A stretch of 64,000 bases of DNA from a virus (Duplodnaviria; Caudoviricetes). The DNA lies in the IMG/VR virus record IMGVR_UViG_3300027763_000059, positions 115-64,114 of that record. The stretch is one strand, 5' to 3'. The notes under the pieces were generated by a model. The model searched no databases. It had not been told where the DNA came from and saw only the letters and a program-made list of their open reading frames with translations. The translations under genes were made by a program, and so were the position numbers. Positions 57,699 through 64,000 of this stretch are shown in pieces; position 1 is the stretch's first letter, and each line of letters starts with the position of its first letter.

Positions 57699-59309
57699 AT
57701 GCAAGGACAAGGTTATATGCCGAAGGATTTATACTTCGAGGAGGAGGGCAGACGAAAGTTAATCTCCGGTGTTAAGAAGATGGCAGCAGCTGTCAAGAGT
57801 ACGTTGGGTCCCCACGGGAACACGGTACTTATAGAGTCACCACACCACACACATGGTATCACAGTAACAAAGGACGGAGTGACGGTCGCTAAGTCGATCG
57901 AGCTAATGGATCCGGTTGAGAACCTAGCGGTCAAGATGATGAAAGAGGCATCTGACAGGACGGCTACTACAGCGGGTGACGGAACGACTACGGCAATCGT
58001 GTTGACTGAGGCCATGGTATTGGGTGGTATGGAGCTCATCAAGCCTGAGCACAACAGAACTCAGGTGCTAAGGCACATGACAGAGATAAGTGACTTGGTA
58101 GTTGAGCGTCTTAAGAAGAAGAGCAAGAAGGTCACTACGGGGATGTTAGCGGACGTTGCGACCATCTCGGCAAACAATGACAGGACCATAGGTAAGATAA
58201 TCGCTGACGTGTACAAGGACGTTGGTAAGACGGGTATCGTAACGGTTGAGAAGTCACAGTCGACTACAACATACGCTGAGACCACAGACGGACTACGCGT
58301 ACAGAGGGGGTACTTATCGCCTATGTTTATAAATAATCAGGAGAAGGACGAGTGTGTCTTTGACGACACGCTTGTGTTGGTCTCTGACATGGAGATAGGG
58401 AACATACTACAGATCGAGGCTGTGTTGAAGCCACTCGTTAAGGACGGGAAGAAGCTGTTGATCATCGCGCCTTGTTCTACAAACATGACAAACACCTTGG
58501 CTGCTAACGTAGTTAAGAACGGTTTAAAGATATGCGCTATCCAACCACCGAACTTCGGGTACAAGCAGCACGAGCTGATGCAAGACATCGCGGTAAGTGT
58601 TGGTGCTACCTACTTCAGTGAGAAGACGGGTGACGACTTGAGCCACATGACGTACGCGGACTTGGGTCACGCGGGTAAGGTGATCGTTGGACGAGACGAG
58701 ACCATCATCATGACGAGTGATGTGAAGGCTGACCAAGCAGAGATAGACGAGAGAGTCGCTCAGTTGTGGAAGGCTAACGAGGCAGCTACGAAAAAGAACG
58801 ACAAGGACTTCATCTTGGAGCGAATTGCATCCCTAACGGGTGGAGTTGGTGTCATCTTTGCAGGTGGGAACACTGACCTAGAGCAAAAGGAGCTGTACGA
58901 CAGGATTGATGACGCGGTTTGCGCGGTACGTTCAGCCTTGGAGGAAGGAATTTTGCCGGGTGGTGGTAAAGCCTTGGGTGAGATGAACATATTCGAGGGC
59001 TTAGGCTTCGCAACTGACACACAGGAGAAGGTAATCGCTGCTAAGATCATGCAGTTGGCTGTAAATATGCCACTGATGCAGATCCTTAAGAACGCGGGTG
59101 TACCATTTGAGGACGTAGCGGACTGTATGGTAAACGATGGCTTTGGATACAACGTAAAGACAGGTGAGAAGGGTGACCTAATCAAGATGGGCGTAATCGA
59201 TCCGTTAAAGGTAACACGCTCAGCACTGCAGAACGCGGTGAGTGTAGCGGTTACGATACTAAGTACTAACGCTATCGTAACGATGGCACGCACAATCGGT
59301 GTAGAATGA
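57699..59309 (+). CDS. groEL: Chaperonin GroEL (phage-type)
   Basis: TLGP.G, VTKDGVTVAK, AGDGTTTA, ISANND, EEGILPGGG, GVIDPLKVTRSALQNA; lacks the GGM tail. Confidence 0.97.
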   Translation: MQGQGYMPKDLYFEEEGRRKLISGVKKMAAAVKSTLGPHGNTVLIESPHHTHGITVTKDGVTVAKSIELMDPVENLAVKMMKEASDRTATTAGDGTTTAIVLTEAMVLGGMELIKPEHNRTQVLRHMTEISDLVVERLKKKSKKVTTGMLADVATISANNDRTIGKIIADVYKDVGKTGIVTVEKSQSTTTYAETTDGLRVQRGYLSPMFINNQEKDECVFDDTLVLVSDMEIGNILQIEAVLKPLVKDGKKLLIIAPCSTNMTNTLAANVVKNGLKICAIQPPNFGYKQHELMQDIAVSVGATYFSEKTGDDLSHMTYADLGHAGKVIVGRDETIIMTSDVKADQAEIDERVAQLWKANEAATKKNDKDFILERIASLTGGVGVIFAGGNTDLEQKELYDRIDDAVCAVRSALEEGILPGGGKALGEMNIFEGLGFATDTQEKVIAAKIMQLAVNMPLMQILKNAGVPFEDVADCMVNDGFGYNVKTGEKGDLIKMGVIDPLKVTRSALQNAVSVAVTILSTNAIVTMARTIGVE

Positions 59310-59563
59310 AGGCAATCGGAAAAAATTTAGTGATTAAGACAGTAGAGGAGGAGATTAAGACCTCATCCGGTCTACTCTTGTCGGGAGAGGACTCCAATCA
59401 GATGAGATACAAGAAGGCTGTTGTCGCTGTCGCGGGTACGGACGTGAGTGCAATTAGCACGGGCGACTACATCTACTACGACAAGTCAAATAGCTACACG
59501 ATGGTCATCAACGATGAGCAGTACACAATAATTCAGGAGAGAGACGTGGTGGTTGTACTATAG
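59306..59563 (+). CDS. groES: Co-chaperonin GroES
   Basis: EEIKTSSGLLL mobile loop, VVAVG-like, GD.IYYDK, II.ERDVV; coupled to groEL. Confidence 0.9.
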   Translation: MKAIGKNLVIKTVEEEIKTSSGLLLSGEDSNQMRYKKAVVAVAGTDVSAISTGDYIYYDKSNSYTMVINDEQYTIIQERDVVVVL

Positions 59564-59568
59564 TACAA

Positions 59569-60012
59569 CTACTCTGTCTCATTTTTTAGTTTGTTAGCCT
59601 TGATCTCCTCGTTCATTGAGATGATCATATTTCGGTACACCTTATCGCTGTAGCTAACGTTCCTTTTAAACATCGGGTTAAAGTTCTCGTGTGTGGCAAT
59701 CTCCTCACCGTTAAGCTTCTTGTAAACGACCTCGATCATCTTCTTGGTTCTGTGAGGTAGGTGGTATAGGTTCTTACGCGGGCCGCTTCCTTTTCTAAAC
59801 ACCTCGATCCAACCATCACGTAGTAAGTTACCAAATCGGTTCTTGTCCCATGGGAACACTTGATTGAACTCAAGGAATCTGTCCTTGCTAAAGTAGCTCT
59901 CGGACTTAAGGAACAGGAGCATCTCTAGGTCTGCTTGTGTTATCCCATACTTGGCCTTGATATAGTACTTTACTATACGCCAATATTTTAAGTAGTCATT
60001 CTTTTTTTCCAT
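59569..60012 (-). CDS. Winged-helix (MarR-like) protein
   Basis: GITQADLEMLLFL...LLRDGWIEV pattern; the only minus-strand gene inside the plus arm. Confidence 0.55.
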   Translation of the reverse strand: MEKKNDYLKYWRIVKYYIKAKYGITQADLEMLLFLKSESYFSKDRFLEFNQVFPWDKNRFGNLLRDGWIEVFRKGSGPRKNLYHLPHRTKKMIEVVYKKLNGEEIATHENFNPMFKRNVSYSDKVYRNMIISMNEEIKANKLKNETE

Positions 60013-60060
60013 TAGATTATATTTATTACTTTTGTAAAGTTAATTATTAAAATATAAAAG

Positions 60061-60198
60061 ATGGCAACTAAAGCAACACCAAATTTACCGGCAGCTTCAA
60101 GATTGAAGGGACCTGCTGCAACAAATCAATCATCTGTTAAGCCTAAAGGCGCAATGGGTAAGCCTGCTAAGAAAATGATGGGCAAAAAAGCTTGTTAA
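60061..60198 (+). CDS. Small basic protein, 45 aa
   Basis: MATKATPNLPAASRL...KKMMGKKAC after promoter TACTTTTG at 60027-60034. Confidence 0.65.
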   Translation: MATKATPNLPAASRLKGPAATNQSSVKPKGAMGKPAKKMMGKKAC

Positions 60199-60207
60199 GA
60201 AATTAAC

Positions 60208-60483
60208 ATGACAAAGAAAGTATCTTTATCAATTGGTAGAGGTGAGAAATCGAAAACCGGTGGACTTACACAGAAGGGTATTAACAAATACAATAGTGCC
60301 ACCGGATCGAATCTCAAGATGGCAGTTACGACTAAGCCATCAAAGTTAAAACCGGGTAGTAAGGATGCGAATAGACGCAAGTCATTCTGCGCTAGATCCG
60401 CAGGGCAGATGGCTAAATTTCCAAATGCTGCAAAAGATCCAAATAGTAGATTAAGACTAGCAAGAAAAAAATGGAACTGTTGA
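60208..60483 (+). CDS. Basic protein (DUF6321-like)
   Basis: GGLTQKG..KY....GSNLK, RRKSFCARS, NSRL..ARKKWNC. Confidence 0.75.
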   Translation: MTKKVSLSIGRGEKSKTGGLTQKGINKYNSATGSNLKMAVTTKPSKLKPGSKDANRRKSFCARSAGQMAKFPNAAKDPNSRLRLARKKWNC

Positions 60484-60502
60484 ATTATTAAAAACAAATA
60501 TT

Positions 60503-60795
60503 ATGATGAATAGAGAATTCCCATTAGCACCTACTGACTTTGGAGACAAAGAGACAAGAATGAAGAAGAAGGCTGCAAGAAAAGAGAACAGAGAGATCAA
60601 CAAGGCTGAGAGAAAAATCAAAAACAGCACAGGTCTTGAGTACGAGCCGCGTGTTAGAAAACGCGACATGAATCTATGAAGAAGATAATTAAGAAGGCTG
60701 CAAAGTTTGAGTCTAAAAAATCTTTGGACGGTGCTATGAAGTTTCTAAAGGGAAACGTTGGCAAGGCAGTTAAGCCTAAAAACAAACTAAAATAA
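60503..60795 (+). CDS. Two small basic proteins (60503-60679, 60676-60795)
   Basis: MMNREFPLAPT... and MKKIIKKAAK..., ATGA-coupled. Confidence 0.6.
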
Positions 60796-60811
60796 TACCT
60801 ATCTTTGTCTC

Positions 60812-61024
60812 ATGGAACTAAGAACAGTTGTTACAGGCGTAAGACGCGATAGCATTGGACTAGGCGACACGATAGAGAAGTTCACGAGGGCAACAGGAAT
60901 TAAGAAGTTTGTTGACACGGTATCTGATCTAACAGGAGTTGACTGCGGTTGTTCCGCGAGAAAGGAGGCTTTAAATGAGCCAAATATATTAGTAAATAAA
61001 TTATTTTATAATAAAGACAAGTAA
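60812..61024 (+). CDS. Conserved small phage protein
   Basis: GLGDTIEKFT.ATGIKK.V...DCGC..RKE.LN; promoter at 60800-60807. Confidence 0.75.
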   Translation: MELRTVVTGVRRDSIGLGDTIEKFTRATGIKKFVDTVSDLTGVDCGCSARKEALNEPNILVNKLFYNKDK

Positions 61025-62376
61025 TGGCAGTAGTACCATCAGGACAGAAGTTTCACACGGTAGCAAGTACTGTAGTGACAACAAATTTAGGATCAGCTTT
61101 AGCTAACGCACAGCGTGAGATCTTTACGATGCAGGACATCATCGACACTGTCGGAGGTGGATTGGGAGGAACTCAGTATGTATTTGTAGCCGCAGATGGT
61201 ACAGATTTAGAGAACGCAGCAGAGCTACAAGCGGCTTATGTTACAGCTACGGGAATGTCTCCAAGTGCAACAAATAGAATCACTGTAATAGCTGCTCCGG
61301 GTAACTATAATTTTGATACTGTGAATTTTGTAATGGACACATCGTACATTGACTTAGTTTCATTAGATGGAAATAGGAGCATAGTATTTAATGGCATAAA
61401 TACAATAGAGATAACTGCAAATGATGTATTTGTCAGAGGTGTAGATGTCGGAACATTAAACTTTGCAATAGCAGACTCATTAAATTTATTAAAGGTTGAA
61501 AACTGCTCAGGCGGAGCTAATTCATTTAGTGTCCCTTATGGCACAATATTAGGTACGTTCACTAATTGCACAGGTGGAGATAATTCATTTGGTGGTGATG
61601 GTTCCACAGCATCAGGTGTGTTTACTAATTGCATAGGTGCAAATTTTTCATTTGGAAGTGGTTATGATAGTTCCACAGCATCAGGTGTGTTTACTAATTG
61701 CATAGGTGCAAATTTTTCATTTGGAAGTTCTTCATTTGGTGGTTCATCAGCATCAGGTGTGTTTATTGATTGCACAGGTGGTATAGCATCTTTTGCCGCA
61801 GGTGGAGCCGCATCAGGCATATTCACTAATTGCATAGGTGGAAATTCACAATATGGAAACGGTTCATTTGGTGGTGGTTATGCACAATATGCGTCAGGAA
61901 CATTTACTAATTGTAAAGGAGGTAGTAGTTCATTTGGTGGTGGTGGTGGATCAGCCGAAGGTGTATTTATTGATTGCCAAGGTGGAGATTCTTCATTCGG
62001 TGGGTCAAGCGGAAATGCATCAGGTGTATTCACTAATTGCACAGGTGGAGATGATTCATTTAGTGGTAATGGTGGCACAGCAAGTGGTGTGTTTAATAGT
62101 TGCATAGGTGGAGATCGGGCATTTGCCGGTCAAGGAGGCACAGCAAGTGGTGTGTTTAATAGTTGCATAGGTGGAGATCGGCCATTTGGTGGTCAAGGCA
62201 CAGCAAGTGGTGTGTTTAATAGTTGTATAGGTGGAAATCGGGGATTTGGCGAAAGTGGCACACTTGATGGATTTTTATATTATTGCAGACTAACATCAGG
62301 GACATTTGCAACTGTATCAGGTTTTGGTAGAACTGTATTATGTATAGATGGAAATAACGATCAAAATAATCAATAA
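61024..62376 (+). CDS. Gly/Cys-rich solenoid (beta-helix-like) repeat protein, putative tailspike or adhesin
   Basis: More than 10 repeats of ASGVF(T/N)xCxGGxxSFGG, with near-identical DNA repeats. Confidence 0.7.
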   Translation: MAVVPSGQKFHTVASTVVTTNLGSALANAQREIFTMQDIIDTVGGGLGGTQYVFVAADGTDLENAAELQAAYVTATGMSPSATNRITVIAAPGNYNFDTVNFVMDTSYIDLVSLDGNRSIVFNGINTIEITANDVFVRGVDVGTLNFAIADSLNLLKVENCSGGANSFSVPYGTILGTFTNCTGGDNSFGGDGSTASGVFTNCIGANFSFGSGYDSSTASGVFTNCIGANFSFGSSSFGGSSASGVFIDCTGGIASFAAGGAASGIFTNCIGGNSQYGNGSFGGGYAQYASGTFTNCKGGSSSFGGGGGSAEGVFIDCQGGDSSFGGSSGNASGVFTNCTGGDDSFSGNGGTASGVFNSCIGGDRAFAGQGGTASGVFNSCIGGDRPFGGQGTASGVFNSCIGGNRGFGESGTLDGFLYYCRLTSGTFATVSGFGRTVLCIDGNNDQNNQ

Positions 62377-62377
62377 C

Positions 62378-62707
62378 ATGAAAACATATCAATCAACTAC
62401 AGAAGGAACTTGGGTAGAAATACTTAAAGTAAAATTAACAGAAGAACAAAAAGCTCTTATGGTGTCAACTAATGAAGAAGACAAAGAAGCTCGATTAACT
62501 TTAGTGCAAAGTATTAAAGCTCAAAGAGAGGCTGTAGTGCCTGAAGGTAAAGCAGCAGAGTTAATTTCTTTCTACAATACAATTAAACCTGTATTAAAAG
62601 AAACAGATGTTTATCAGCTAATCTCTGCAGACTTATCTGAAGCAACTCCATTTCAAGGTATCTTAAACTGTAGAGTTAATGGAGAGCACACTCAGATTAG
62701 ATTTTAA
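62378..62707 (+). CDS. Hypothetical protein
   Basis: 109 aa, follows the repeat protein; terminator at 62748-62772. Confidence 0.7.
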   Translation: MKTYQSTTEGTWVEILKVKLTEEQKALMVSTNEEDKEARLTLVQSIKAQREAVVPEGKAAELISFYNTIKPVLKETDVYQLISADLSEATPFQGILNCRVNGEHTQIRF

Positions 62708-62747
62708 GTAATATATTATTTTAGTGATTCCAACACAAAGTAATCGA

Positions 62748-62796
62748 GCCACCTTAACCGGGTGGCTTTTTTGTTTTAAAATATTGCTTATCTTTG
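62748..62796 (+). terminator. Terminator followed by promoter TATCTTTG (62789-62796)
   Basis: AGCCACC-TTAACCG-GGTGGCT plus T-tract. Confidence 0.75.
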
Positions 62797-62815
62797 CCTT
62801 ATAAATTAATAAGAC

Positions 62816-63292
62816 ATGGCAAATTATCAAAAGTTGCAGGTTAGTACTGCTCTTAATATAGTAAAATCTGATAACGCAAACATTCCCTTTACAGCGCAAA
62901 TTGCTGTAGGGGTTAATGGATCACCGTCACTTAACGAGCTAGAAGACGTTACGGGTACATTTATTACGTCAAATGTACAAACAGGTGACGTAGTATACAA
63001 CACAACTACAGGGACTTCTGCAACTGTTACTAGAGTAATTAGCGAGACTAACTTATTTTTAAATGCAGACTTATTTTCGGGATCAGGAGACGCTTTTATT
63101 ATCTACTCTCAGAACAGTCCAAAAGAAGGGTGTGTACTTTACATTGGTACCGGAGGAAATCTTCGCGTGCTTACCTCTTCAAGTAACGATGTTACATTTT
63201 ACAACGTATTAGGTGGTACATTCTTACCGGTTCAGGTGCTTAAGGTATTCTCAACAGGTACGAGTGCGTCAGACCTTGTAGCTCTTTGGTAA
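62816..63292 (+). CDS. Virion structural protein
   Basis: LYIGTGGNL.V...GTFLPVQV.KVFSTGT.ASDLVALW C-terminus. Confidence 0.7.
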   Translation: MANYQKLQVSTALNIVKSDNANIPFTAQIAVGVNGSPSLNELEDVTGTFITSNVQTGDVVYNTTTGTSATVTRVISETNLFLNADLFSGSGDAFIIYSQNSPKEGCVLYIGTGGNLRVLTSSSNDVTFYNVLGGTFLPVQVLKVFSTGTSASDLVALW

Positions 63293-63293
63293 G

Positions 63294-63731
63294 ATGATAG
63301 GTATAGCGATAGGTAATAGTGTTGGACTTGACATTAGGGGAGCACTGCACCCTTATAATCAGTCACCACCCGTAATAAGCGGTGTTGGTATTGAGTATAG
63401 TACACTCACATTAACATCACCCGGTACTTGGTACGGGGTACCTGTTATCACTTATACATATCAGTGGACAAGAAACGGGTTACCTATACTAGGTGCTACA
63501 TCTACTACGTATACACTAGTAGGTGCTGATGCATCTACAAACGTAGCGTGTGTTGTTACAGCTACTAACTCAGTAGGGTTTAGCGTTGCATCATCAAATG
63601 TCATATCTGTTATCAGCTATCCTCAGTACTTAATTAATCAATTTATTATAAGAGTAAGCAATGATGGAGGCTTTTACGAGGCAGAGTCTTGTCAGTTAGC
63701 ACAGCTCACATTCCTAAATAACATATTATGA
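63294..63731 (+). CDS. Ig-like domain virion protein
   Basis: PVISG...GTW.G.P..TYTYQW.RNG..I.GATSTTYTL..AD....C.VTATN. Confidence 0.75.
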   Translation: MIGIAIGNSVGLDIRGALHPYNQSPPVISGVGIEYSTLTLTSPGTWYGVPVITYTYQWTRNGLPILGATSTTYTLVGADASTNVACVVTATNSVGFSVASSNVISVISYPQYLINQFIIRVSNDGGFYEAESCQLAQLTFLNNIL

Positions 63732-64000
63732 GTCTACTAACTACAGCCTCTTTGGTCATCACACCGAATGCAGGAGATGAAGGTACGTTGTATTCCGTTA
63801 TTCCATCCGATGGTTCGGGAGATATGTCCGTTGTGAGAGCAACAACTGCAACGCGTGTGAATAGTGCGGGGTTAGTTGAGTTAGTGCCTTATAATTTGTT
63901 GCAATACTCGGAGCAATTTAACAATGGGGTTTATAATCAAAGTAATGTTTCAGTTACAAGCAATTCAACCATTGCTCCAAATGGAACTACAACCGCAGAT
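63728..64000 (+). CDS. 5' part of the tail fibre gene that continues at base 38
   Basis: MSLLTTASLVITP...RATTATRVNSAGL...NLLQYSEQF, in frame with ORF 161-1534 via the terminal repeat. Confidence 0.85.
   Translation, partial: MSLLTTASLVITPNAGDEGTLYSVIPSDGSGDMSVVRATTATRVNSAGLVELVPYNLLQYSEQFNNGVYNQSNVSVTSNSTIAPNGTTTAD
63964..64000. repeat. Terminal direct repeat, right copy
   Basis: Identical to bases 1-37. Confidence 0.97.

Noticed and set aside
57713-59293. Long antisense ORFs opposite groEL (and similar ones opposite the giant protein, TerL and primase)
   Set aside because: Shadow ORFs produced by codon bias of the sense gene; no start context or motifs.
1-64000. Stop-codon reassignment
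   Set aside because: Core genes are intact in code 11, and TAG, TGA and TAA all end well-packed genes.

Overview
The window is a complete, circularly assembled genome of about 63,963 bp (bases 63964-64000 repeat bases 1-37 exactly, and one tail-fibre gene reads in frame across the junction). It is a podovirus-like dsDNA phage with a Bacteroidota host, probably Flavobacteriia, judged from many TAnnTTTG promoters and A-rich, SD-less starts. The plus-strand arm (about 56.6 kb, wrapping to 38.6 kb) carries GroEL/GroES, small basic proteins, tail fibres, a holin/YkuD-type endolysin/u-spanin lysis cassette, a tandem GroES-like protein, TerS, intein-containing TerL, portal, scaffold, capsid, tail ring and muzzle proteins, and ejection proteins including a 3227-aa zincin-containing giant. 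The minus-strand arm (38.6-55.8 kb) carries nucleases, two DnaA-domain-IV-like proteins, an SNF2 helicase, a VirE_N-type primase-helicase, SSB, RecE-like and Sak3 recombination genes, and about 30 small early ORFs. I found no DNA polymerase, RNA polymerase, integrase, tRNA or CRISPR array. The most interesting signals are non-coding: a promoter-to-terminator ~65-nt sRNA complementary to the phage's own start regions, a ~300-nt structured early leader, twin iteron/AT-rich origin-like elements, a pseudoknotted attenuator in front of an HNH gene, and a compact H-type pseudoknot. All family assignments come from motif recognition by eye, not database searches.
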